The notes under the pieces: model-generated
The model's input: the letters and a program-made list of their open reading frames with translations, nothing else
What the model was told of the DNA's origin: nothing
Database searches by the model: none
Shown: one piece after another, positions 17,120 to 25,345 of the stretch
Numbering within the stretch: the stretch's first letter is position 1
How the letters are laid out: each line of letters opens with the position of its first letter
Translations under genes and position numbers: made by a program
Source: Candidatus Woesearchaeota archaeon
GTDB taxonomy: Archaea > Nanobdellota > Nanobdellia > Woesearchaeales > B72-G16
Length of the DNA: 32,029 nucleotides
Assembly (NCBI GenBank): GCA_003650545.1
Contig: QMQO01000014.1
Coordinates: 1-32,029 of the forward strand
Direction of reading: 5' to 3'

Positions 17120-19543
17120 ATGGAAGTCGAAAAACTGGAACATATAAGATCAAAGCTAATAGAAGAAGAAATGAAAGCTTCTTATATAGATTACGCTATG
17201 TCTGTCATCATTGGAAGAGCTTTGCCCGATGTGCGGGACGGTCTTAAGCCTGTTCATCGCAGGATTCTGTATGCGATGCATGAGATGGGCTTATTTTTTA
17301 ACAAACCATTTAAAAAATCTGCAAGAATTGTTGGTGAAGTTTTGGGTAAATTTCACCCACATGGTGACACCGCTGTCTATGATGCATTGGTAAGGATGAC
17401 ACAAGACTTCTCGCTTAGATATCCCTTAATACAAGGCCAAGGAAATTTTGGATCGATTGATGGCGACAATGCTGCTGCAATGCGTTATACTGAAGCTAAA
17501 TTAGCAAAAATAGCTAGTGAACTACTCATTGATATTAAAAAAGAAACTGTTAGGTTTGTTCCTAATTTTGATGGTTCTCTTAAAGAACCAACTGTACTTC
17601 CTTCAAAAGTTCCAAATTTATTAATAAACGGTTCTTCGGGAATTGCTGTTGGCATGGCCACAAACATTCCGCCACACAACCTCAGAGAAGTAAATAATGC
17701 AATTATAGCTCTGATTGACGATCCTGATCTTGAAGAACAAAAACTACTAGATTTCATTAAAGGACCAGACTTTCCAACAGGAGGAATAATATGTGGTAAA
17801 CAGGGCATAGTTTCTGCTTATAAAACCGGCCGTGGTAAAATAACAATTAGAGCAAAAACAGAACTAGAAGAAATTGGCGCAAAACAAACCATCATCGTTA
17901 AAGAAATTCCTTACATGGTTAATAAATCCTCTCTCTTAGAAGAAATTGCAAATGCCATACGCAATAAAAAAGTGCTGGGTGTCTCGGATCTGAGAGACGA
18001 ATCTGATAAAGAAGGACTTAGGATTGTAATGGTCTTAAAAAAAGATACCAATCCAGAAATTGTACTTAACCAGTTATTCAAACATACAAAACTTGAAATA
18101 ACTACGGGTATAAATCTTCTCGCGTTGTGTAATGGCGAACCAAAAACCTTAACACTAAAGCAAATGCTTCTTGCATTTATTGAACATAGAAAAGAAATTA
18201 TAACCAAACGCACAAAGTTCGATCTAGCAAGTGCAGAAAAAAAAGCACATATTCTAAACGGATTAAAAATCGCTCTAGATGACATAGACAAAGCGATAAC
18301 AACAATTAAAGCAAGCAAATCTATTCAAGAAGCAATCGATGCCTTGCTAAAAATATTTCCATTGACTAAAGAACAAGCGCAAGCAATATTGGATTTAAAA
18401 CTGCAGCGTCTCACCTCTCTAGAACAGAACAAGATCAGAGAAGATCTTAGAGCTACACTTAAATTAATAGAAGAACTCAAATCAATCCTTGCCTCTGAAC
18501 AAAAAATCAAAAATCTAATAAAAAAAGATTTGATAGAAACAAGCGATGTCTATGGTGATAAGAGAAAAACACAAATCATTGAGGTGAAAGAGTCACTTGG
18601 TGTTGAAGATTTAATTGAACATGAAAAAACAATTATTACAAGCACTTATCAAGGTTACATAAAACGACAATCTTTAGATGTGTATAAAAAACAAAAAAGG
18701 GGGGGCTCTGGAATTATTGCAACAGGAAAGAAAGAAGAAGATTTCATAAAAGAAATATTTATAGCAGACACACACTCTACGCTACTGGTTTTTACAAATA
18801 AAGGTAAAGTTTACTGGTTAAAGGTTTACCAGGTGCCAGAGTCTTCCAGAACAGCCTTTGGCACTCCGATCATCAACTTAATCAACATCGGCAAGAATGA
18901 AGTGATCCAAGCTATAATCCCAATTGAAAATTTCAGTGAAAAACTATATCTTTCAATTGCTACTAAAAATGGCTTAATTAAGAAAACTCCTCTAATCCAG
19001 TATGCAAAACCGCGCACAACAGGCATAATCGCGATTGATCTGGAAAAAGACGATGAGGTTGTTAATGCTGTTCTAACCGATGGTTCAAAAGACATCATTC
19101 TTGCAACAAAAAATGGTTTAGCAATTAGATTTAATGAAAAAGAAGTAAGGCCCGTAAGGAGAGCTGCAAAGGGTGTAAAGGGAATCAGCCTAAAGAATGG
19201 TGACGAAGTTATAGGCATGGTCATAGCCGCGGATGAAAAAACACTTTTTACTGTCACATCAAATGGCTATGGAAAGAGAACAAAGATAAGCGACTATAGA
19301 CCAATAAGTAGAGCAGGGGTCGGTGTCATAAACATAAAGTGTACTAAACGTAATGGCCATGTTGTAGCCATAAACTTTATAAGTGACGAAGATGAGTTGA
19401 TGCTAATTTCTAAAAATGGTGTTGCAATACGGATTCCTGCAAAAGATATTTCTGTGATTGGGAGAAACACCCAAGGGTTTAGACTCATGAAACTTAAAGG
19501 AAACGATCATGTTGTCGCTTCTGCCAAAATAGTTCACGATTGA
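17120..19543 (+). CDS. gyrA: DNA gyrase subunit A
   Basis: [21 protein letters not shown], catalytic AAMRYTE, GyrA-box QKRGGSG, six beta-pinwheel repeats; AGGAG and BRE/TATA motifs upstream. Confidence 0.97.
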   Translation: MEVEKLEHIRSKLIEEEMKASYIDYAMSVIIGRALPDVRDGLKPVHRRILYAMHEMGLFFNKPFKKSARIVGEVLGKFHPHGDTAVYDALVRMTQDFSLRYPLIQGQGNFGSIDGDNAAAMRYTEAKLAKIASELLIDIKKETVRFVPNFDGSLKEPTVLPSKVPNLLINGSSGIAVGMATNIPPHNLREVNNAIIALIDDPDLEEQKLLDFIKGPDFPTGGIICGKQGIVSAYKTGRGKITIRAKTELEEIGAKQTIIVKEIPYMVNKSSLLEEIANAIRNKKVLGVSDLRDESDKEGLRIVMVLKKDTNPEIVLNQLFKHTKLEITTGINLLALCNGEPKTLTLKQMLLAFIEHRKEIITKRTKFDLASAEKKAHILNGLKIALDDIDKAITTIKASKSIQEAIDALLKIFPLTKEQAQAILDLKLQRLTSLEQNKIREDLRATLKLIEELKSILASEQKIKNLIKKDLIETSDVYGDKRKTQIIEVKESLGVEDLIEHEKTIITSTYQGYIKRQSLDVYKKQKRGGSGIIATGKKEEDFIKEIFIADTHSTLLVFTNKGKVYWLKVYQVPESSRTAFGTPIINLINIGKNEVIQAIIPIENFSEKLYLSIATKNGLIKKTPLIQYAKPRTTGIIAIDLEKDDEVVNAVLTDGSKDIILATKNGLAIRFNEKEVRPVRRAAKGVKGISLKNGDEVIGMVIAADEKTLFTVTSNGYGKRTKISDYRPISRAGVGVINIKCTKRNGHVVAINFISDEDELMLISKNGVAIRIPAKDISVIGRNTQGFRLMKLKGNDHVVASAKIVHD

Positions 19544-19612
19544 AGAAAAATCCGAAAGTTTTAAATATATTCCTAAGATTACAAATCGTATAACCTCGCG
19601 AGGTGAAAAATC

Positions 19613-20158
19613 ATGAAGATTAAGTGGAGTTTTTTGTTTGTTTTGCTTGTAACGATATTAGTAATAACAGCAGCTGGTTGCAAAAAAAAAGAAGAACCAG
19701 TTGTACCGGTGACACCATCAGTTGAACAGGAACCAACACCATCGGTTGTAGAAGTACCTGAAGAACCTGTCAAAGAAGAGGTACCGCCTGCAGAAATTGT
19801 TGAACCAGAAGAACCAGAACTTGGGGAACAATCTAGCTTAGTAACAGAAGAAGCCAAAAAAATATTAGAAGGAATTTCTTGTAGAGACAGATCAATAACC
19901 TTTACAATAACAAACAAAGATGATATGGAACTATATTTCAGCAATGTTGGTGTACCTCTAGATGCAAAGAGAATCTCTATTATCCTAAACGGAGTCGCAC
20001 TTTCGAATATAGACTGTGGTGGTGCGAACACAATTGCTGCTGGTGAAACATTAACTTGTACAAAGGAACCTGTAGCAAATTTATTCTCCGATAAGGAAAA
20101 CAGATTAGCTATTCAGACACCAAATCTGAGATTCACAACAACATTTATGTGTAAATAA
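19613..20158 (+). CDS. Putative lipoprotein with Pro/Glu-rich linker and small beta-rich domain
   Basis: GAGGTGA motif upstream; hydrophobic signal ending in lipobox AAGC; EP-rich stalk; four Cys in the C-terminal domain. Confidence 0.8.
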   Translation: MKIKWSFLFVLLVTILVITAAGCKKKEEPVVPVTPSVEQEPTPSVVEVPEEPVKEEVPPAEIVEPEEPELGEQSSLVTEEAKKILEGISCRDRSITFTITNKDDMELYFSNVGVPLDAKRISIILNGVALSNIDCGGANTIAAGETLTCTKEPVANLFSDKENRLAIQTPNLRFTTTFMCK

Positions 20159-20235
20159 AATTTTTTGTTTTTCTTTTAGATGTTTTAGAAAAGCTTATAT
20201 AGAAAAATCTATTCTTTTAAATTGAGGTGGTATAA

Positions 20236-20742
20236 ATGAAATACATGTTAATATTTGTTCTCATTGTATTATTAACATTTGTGGCTGGTTGTGTAGAAGA
20301 GAAACTGCAAACACCAACAGAATCTCCTAAGCAGCCAACAGAACAAAAAGTAACAGAATCTGTTGAATCTCCTACAAAAGAAATAACAGAAAAAGTCGAG
20401 TTACCAACAGAACAAAATAACAAAGTGGTTAATGAAACTGAAGACTTAGAAGTGAACATCTCCACAGAAAATGTCACAGTGATAACCATCACTAATTTTA
20501 AACCAGATATATCCCTCCTAACCTTAAATAAAGGTGACACAGTAAAATGGGTAACAAATGACAAATTTAAAACAATCATTGCGATAATGAACTGGGAAAC
20601 AAAAGAGCAATTAATTGAACTTAAAGATATGGTTGAATTCAGTGTAGGTGGATCTTTTGAGTACACATTTAAAGACGCAGGAACATTCAAATGGTATAAC
20701 TATGTCAGTTCCAAGACTAAAGGCGACATAATTGTAAAATAA
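20236..20742 (+). CDS. Putative lipoprotein with cupredoxin-like domain lacking copper ligands
   Basis: Lipobox VAGC; PTE-rich linker; FKP...LNKGDTVKW...SFEYTFKDAGTFKWY...KGDIIVK plastocyanin-like pattern. Confidence 0.78.
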   Translation: MKYMLIFVLIVLLTFVAGCVEEKLQTPTESPKQPTEQKVTESVESPTKEITEKVELPTEQNNKVVNETEDLEVNISTENVTVITITNFKPDISLLTLNKGDTVKWVTNDKFKTIIAIMNWETKEQLIELKDMVEFSVGGSFEYTFKDAGTFKWYNYVSSKTKGDIIVK

Positions 20743-20778
20743 AAACCTTTTTTAACCTCTTCTTTTTCTTGTTAAAGT

Positions 20779-21792
20779 ATGAAGTTTTTAGCTATAACCG
20801 TCAGCGGATTTGAAGATATCTGCCAAAAAGAATTGAAAGAATTTGGAGCTAAAAAAACAAACATCAAAACTGGTTGCGTCATATTCGAGTTAAATAAAAG
20901 CAAAATCGTCAGCTTGATTGATTTGGGACAATCCTTCTCAAAAATAATAGAAATATGGCACACCGACAAATTCACTTCACTCTCCAGCTTTAGAACTATC
21001 AAGAACATCAGAATAAATATTAAACCAACCAAAACATTTCTTGTTCGGTGCCAAAAAATAGAGAGTAAATACTCATCACATGAAATTGAAGCATGTGTTG
21101 GTGAAAACATCATCAAAAATCTGACAAAAACTGGATTTAAGCCTAAAGTTTCTACTCTAAATCCAGATATCCATGTGTTCACATATGTTACAAAGTCTGA
21201 ATTTTTTCTTGGTCAAGACCTTACAATTAGGGACCTAAGTAAAAGAAAATATCGTGTGTTTGTTCATCCCGCATCATTCAGAGGTCACATTGCCTATTGC
21301 CTTCTACGCTTTTCAGGCTTCAAACCAGGGAAAAGGTTGTTAGATCCAAACTGCCGTGATGGTATAATCCCAATAGAAGCCGCACTTTTCAGTAAAGGAA
21401 AAAGCAAAAAAAGCACTATCGAAGCAACCGATCCATTCATCAAAAACATTCTTATCGCCAAAAAAAATGCTAAAATAGCCAACGTTAAAATTAATTTTAG
21501 CAAGCAAGACTTCGATTGGTTAGAGACTCACTACGAAAGTAATTATTTTGATTTTATTGTAACCGCTCTTCCCAGCCCTACAAAATATAATCAAAAACGC
21601 ATAAAAGAATCATATAAAACCTTGTTTGAATCGGTGTCTGAGATACTAAAACAAAATGGGAAGGTTGCCATACTAGTTAGAAAGCCAGAGCTGCTTAAAC
21701 AGCAAACAAAAAATCGTTTTAAATTGATTGAAGAACGCAACATCTATGTTGGTAAAGAAAGATTCGTAGCACTATTAGCCAAAAAAATTTAG
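20779..21792 (+). CDS. THUMP-domain RNA methyltransferase-like protein (Trm14/TrmN-related), motifs divergent
   Basis: N-terminal GFEDI...E, THUMP region, LSKRKYRVFVHPAS, LLDPNCRDGIIPIEAA. Confidence 0.82.
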   Translation: MKFLAITVSGFEDICQKELKEFGAKKTNIKTGCVIFELNKSKIVSLIDLGQSFSKIIEIWHTDKFTSLSSFRTIKNIRINIKPTKTFLVRCQKIESKYSSHEIEACVGENIIKNLTKTGFKPKVSTLNPDIHVFTYVTKSEFFLGQDLTIRDLSKRKYRVFVHPASFRGHIAYCLLRFSGFKPGKRLLDPNCRDGIIPIEAALFSKGKSKKSTIEATDPFIKNILIAKKNAKIANVKINFSKQDFDWLETHYESNYFDFIVTALPSPTKYNQKRIKESYKTLFESVSEILKQNGKVAILVRKPELLKQQTKNRFKLIEERNIYVGKERFVALLAKKI

Positions 21793-21849
21793 AAAAAAAC
21801 ATAAATTTTATATACAAACGCAGTTATTTTAGCCCCAAAGGGGTGGCGA

Positions 21850-22107
21850 ATGATAAAAAAATATCGCAAGCCTAATACATTTGAAATAATTCTGCTTGTA
21901 ATAGGCCTCCTTATATTAGTCACAGGTTTAATCCTGATAAGGAAAGCAATAGTGAGTGGGCCAGAAAGCATAGAAATCCTACAAACAATGTTTCTTTGGT
22001 TAATTCTTGTAGGAATCATAATTCTTGTTGCTGTAAATGAAAATATAAAAGAAGAGATAAAAGATCTGTTGAAAGAAATGCATAAGAAAAAAAGCCAAAA
22101 AAGGTAA
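21850..22107 (+). CDS. Small two-TM membrane protein
   Basis: GGGGTG motif upstream; two hydrophobic helices followed by a charged tail. Confidence 0.75.
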   Translation: MIKKYRKPNTFEIILLVIGLLILVTGLILIRKAIVSGPESIEILQTMFLWLILVGIIILVAVNENIKEEIKDLLKEMHKKKSQKR

Positions 22108-22109
22108 AG

Positions 22110-22117
22110 TTTATAAA
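22110..22117 (+). promoter_or_regulatory. TATA box of RNase P RNA gene
   Basis: TTTATAAA preceded by a purine-rich BRE, ending 24 nt before the P1 helix start. Confidence 0.65.
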
Positions 22118-22140
22118 GGGCTATCTATCATTAAAGATTA

Positions 22141-22440
22141 GAGTGTAGAAAAGCGCTTGATATCCGCAATTTTGTGAGGAAAGTCCGTCCACCATAAAAA
22201 GGCCACTTCCGTAAGGGAGGCCTATAAGCGGCGGCAACCGCTCAGAAACGAAACCGTCTTGGTTAAGGGTGATACGAGCGAATGCTTCTGAGAAGAAGCA
22301 GAGCTAACCCGTTGACGTTTCCAAGACAAGGATGAAACGGCGAGTCCTGGTCGGTGCAACTTAAGAAAGGCTTAGTAGAATATCAAACAGACCGTCCCCA
22401 TAGGGGTCTGACAAAAGACGGCTTATGCTTTTCTACACTT
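22141..22440 (+). ncRNA. rnpB: RNase P RNA (archaeal, compact)
   Basis: P1 AGTGTAGAAAAGC/GCTTTTCTACACT; CR-I GAGGAAAGTCC; CAGAAAC; TGAAAC; GGTGCAA; CR-V ACAAAAGACGGCTTAT pairing to form P4; P2 TTGATAT/ATATCAA. Confidence 0.93.
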
Positions 22441-22470
22441 TTACCTTGCTAAGTGTAGTAAATTGATAAA

Positions 22471-22632
22471 ATGGCCCGTCCAAACAGAATACATATGCCA
22501 AGCAGTGGCGGTGGTCTTGTTCGTTATTTTGACGAGTACAAGAGCAGAGTAGTCATAAAACCATTGCATGTTATAATCTTAATAGGGATTGTTATAATCA
22601 TCATTCTGGCTCTTCATGCAAGGGGTGTCTAA
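22471..22632 (+). CDS. secG: Preprotein translocase subunit Sec61beta (53 aa, not in ORF track)
   Basis: MPSSGGGLVRYFDE...IKP followed by a single TM helix, the archaeal Sec61beta signature. Confidence 0.92.
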   Translation: MARPNRIHMPSSGGGLVRYFDEYKSRVVIKPLHVIILIGIVIIIILALHARGV

Positions 22633-22968
22633 ATGATTCCTGGAATGAACCCAAGGAAGGCTGCACAGATGATGAGAAAGCTAGGTATTCAACAGCAAGA
22701 GATAGACGCAGAAGAAGTGATCATAAAGACCGCAGACAAAGAGCTCATTATCCGCAATCCTCAAGTTTCTAAAGTAAATGTTATGGGCCAAGAAACCATA
22801 CAGATTATTGGTGACATCGAAGAACACAAGAGAAAGCCCAAGATTAATGAAGAAGACATCAGCACAGTGATGCAACAAACAGGGTGCTCTAAAGAAGACG
22901 CTATCGAAGCTATCAAGAACAACGACTATAATCTCGCTGCCGCAATATTAGCTCTCCAAAAAGAATAA
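22633..22968 (+). CDS. nac: Nascent polypeptide-associated complex protein
   Basis: GMNPR...MMRKLGI, AEEVII, NPQV, C-terminal UBA (DISTVMQQTG...LAAAIL). Confidence 0.95.
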   Translation: MIPGMNPRKAAQMMRKLGIQQQEIDAEEVIIKTADKELIIRNPQVSKVNVMGQETIQIIGDIEEHKRKPKINEEDISTVMQQTGCSKEDAIEAIKNNDYNLAAAILALQKE

Positions 22969-23013
22969 TTCATCATATAAAAACATATAAATTCTGCTGT
23001 TTTCTAGAACAAC

Positions 23014-23664
23014 ATGCAAGAATTCCAAAAAAGACTGGTGGCTCACAAGCTTTGGATTAGTGACATTCTAAACTCCCGATACATAAAACAAGAGGGATGG
23101 CAACCAAACTACATTAAATGTGTTGATGGTCGCGAAATATCTAGAGTTAATATTCTAGGCGTTATAGTCGACAAAGAAAATGTCAACGGTGTTCTTCAGT
23201 TCACGTTAGATGATGGTACTGGTCAGATTAACACAAGAGCATTTGAAGCCCCGCTTAAATCAGATGATGTTGACACAGGCAACATTGTTCAAATCATTGG
23301 TAAGGTTCGTGCATACAATGAAAATATCTATATCTTACCCGAGATAATTACAAAAATCAAAGACAAACGATGGATTGAATTAAGAAAACATGAAATACCT
23401 CAACCCATCCAGATACAGGCACCCGAAAAAAATCAAACAAAAGAAAATTATAGTGAAGAAGTGGTTGAAGATTTTGAAAAAGAAGAAACGGATTCTGAAA
23501 AAATATATAAATTAATAAAAGAACTAGATATAGGTGATGGTGCGGATTTTCAAGAAATCATAGACAAATCAAACCTAAGAAATGCTGAATTTATAGTGAA
23601 GAATTTGCTAGCTACTGGAGACATCTTCGAAGTTAAACCTGGTAAACTAAAAACCTTAGATTAA
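23014..23664 (+). CDS. RPA2/RPA32-like single-stranded DNA binding subunit (OB fold + winged helix)
   Basis: RVNILGVIV, LDDGTGQI, VQIIGKVR; C-terminal wHTH ending GDIFEVKPG. Confidence 0.85.
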   Translation: MQEFQKRLVAHKLWISDILNSRYIKQEGWQPNYIKCVDGREISRVNILGVIVDKENVNGVLQFTLDDGTGQINTRAFEAPLKSDDVDTGNIVQIIGKVRAYNENIYILPEIITKIKDKRWIELRKHEIPQPIQIQAPEKNQTKENYSEEVVEDFEKEETDSEKIYKLIKELDIGDGADFQEIIDKSNLRNAEFIVKNLLATGDIFEVKPGKLKTLD

Positions 23665-24536
23665 AAAACAACAGGAATGATAAAAACTTCTACTAAAGCA
23701 GCAACAACTAGTAGTAACACTGCAATCAGGATTAAATTTGTCGCATCAAAAATAACTTTTTCAAAACTTTTTGTACCAAATGTGTGGTTGATAATCGCCA
23801 CTGAGATCAACCCACCAGCAAGACCACCCACAAAATACGCCAGTATTTCTATTGTTCCGTGAATTGCAAATCTTAAATTGCCTAACATATATGCAGAAAG
23901 GTAAGATATATTAGATGTGTTGTGTGTCAGCAACATTGCCGTCTTTGTTTTAACCCAATTACCAATTGCAACAGCTATCACTGAGGCGTTCCAAGTCAAA
24001 ATAAAAATAGCACCAGCGCCATAAATAAAAGAAAACAGTAAACTAAAAACCAACACTTTAAAATTGTTTAAAAAGATCTCAGTAAATGTGAGAAATCTTG
24101 ACGCGGTTATTGTCCGGGTGTTAATCTCAAGTAATGTGTTTGTCTGGATTGAAAAAAGATTTTTTGTAATGTTTTGTGCAACTCCTGGGGAAATTAAACA
24201 AGATAATACTTGAGGTAAAAACAAGTACCAATTAAGATAAGAAAATAAAATCCCGATAAATAAAAACATAAAACTTAACAGAGCTTTGCTATGTTCAATC
24301 AAAAGTGACATTTCATCTAATTTTTCGGTTTCTTTATATTGCTCTAAACGAATTGTGTTAATCATGAAAGGGACACAAGCCAACACTGTTAAAAAAATTG
24401 CAACCAAACTGGCATGACCTTTAAATATCCACAAAGCCAAAAAGATTGCCACAGAAGAATACAAAAAACCTATAAAAAACATCTCCCAGGGATGACGTTC
24501 TGCTTTAAAGGGATTAATCAAAGACTCCAACACCAT
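23661..24536 (-). CDS. SpoIIM/DUF95-family membrane protein
   Basis: Multiple TM helices; IFLNN, WNASVI, HGTIEI, AALVEVFI motifs. Confidence 0.85.
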   Translation of the reverse strand: MVLESLINPFKAERHPWEMFFIGFLYSSVAIFLALWIFKGHASLVAIFLTVLACVPFMINTIRLEQYKETEKLDEMSLLIEHSKALLSFMFLFIGILFSYLNWYLFLPQVLSCLISPGVAQNITKNLFSIQTNTLLEINTRTITASRFLTFTEIFLNNFKVLVFSLLFSFIYGAGAIFILTWNASVIAVAIGNWVKTKTAMLLTHNTSNISYLSAYMLGNLRFAIHGTIEILAYFVGGLAGGLISVAIINHTFGTKSFEKVIFDATNLILIAVLLLVVAALVEVFIIPVVF

Positions 24537-24572
24537 GATGATCGATTTTTAAATTAACTTTATAAATCTTAT

Positions 24573-24606
24573 GTTCCTATCTTTGGCTGGTTCCTATCTT
24601 TGGCTG
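24573..24606 (+). repeat. Perfect tandem 17-bp direct repeat GTTCCTATCTTTGGCTG x2
   Basis: Read directly; lies between two divergent TTTATAAA boxes (24559-24566, 24614-24621). Confidence 0.85.
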
Positions 24607-24644
24607 GGTAACATTTATAAAATAACCTGCTTTTCCTACAAAAC

Positions 24645-25052
24645 ATGGACTACAAAAAGCTACTAGAACGTGCACGCAAAAATCTACCAGAATCAGTTAT
24701 AACCTCTGAAAGATTTGAAATTCCAAATGTGCGGGGTCATATTCAAGGTAACAAAACAATAATTAGCAACTTTTTTCAGATAGCAGCCACATTAAACAGA
24801 CAGCCAGAACATATGTTGAAATTTATTCTGCGTGAACTGGCAACACCTGGAGAGATTAAAAAAAACTTAGTTATAATAGGTACAAAGGTTCCAGCATCTA
24901 GAATCAATGAAAAAATATACCAATACGCGCGGCAATTCGTTCTCTGTCCTGAATGTGGGAAACCCGATACAAAATTGGTAAAAGAAAAAAACTCTACTTT
25001 CATAAAGTGTTTGGCATGTGGAGCTAAATCAAGGGTGCAGAGTAAAATATGA
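24645..25052 (+). CDS. eif2b: Translation initiation factor aIF-2 beta subunit
   Basis: YKKLLERA, ERFEIP, GNKTIISNF, ELATPG, Zn ribbon CPECGKPDT...CLACGA. Confidence 0.96.
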   Translation: MDYKKLLERARKNLPESVITSERFEIPNVRGHIQGNKTIISNFFQIAATLNRQPEHMLKFILRELATPGEIKKNLVIIGTKVPASRINEKIYQYARQFVLCPECGKPDTKLVKEKNSTFIKCLACGAKSRVQSKI

Positions 25053-25339
25053 TAGTCAAAGTACATTCTTCTAAGAATACAACAATCTTAGTAATTAGTG
25101 ATAAAGAAATTGTTGGTAAAAAATTCTCTGATGAACACATCCAACTTGATCTAGACTCTGACTTCTTCAAGGGAAGAGAGATGACGCAGGTAGAGATCGA
25201 ATCACTTCTAAAAACTGCAAACAACATCATTTTTACAGGAAAAAAGGCGGTTAATCTTGGTCTGAAGAAAAACTTGATTGAACAAAACTCCATACTTAAG
25301 ATTCAAGGCGTTCCATACGCACAATGTCTTTTTATCTAA
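25049..25339 (+). CDS. DUF424-family protein
   Basis: SDKEIVGKKF, FFKG, G...V, IQGVPYAQ; ATGA overlap with aIF-2beta. Confidence 0.82.
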   Translation: MIVKVHSSKNTTILVISDKEIVGKKFSDEHIQLDLDSDFFKGREMTQVEIESLLKTANNIIFTGKKAVNLGLKKNLIEQNSILKIQGVPYAQCLFI

Positions 25340-25345
25340 AAAGCT

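Noticed and set aside
17120..19543. Alternative call as topoisomerase IV ParC
   Set aside because: A GyrA-box (QKRGGSG) and a full six-bladed C-terminal domain support GyrA
21789..22019. 76-aa minus-strand ORF
   Set aside because: Antisense to the better-supported two-TM gene, which has an SD motif
24573..24606. CRISPR-like repeat
   Set aside because: Only two adjacent 17-bp copies with no spacer and no cas genes in the window
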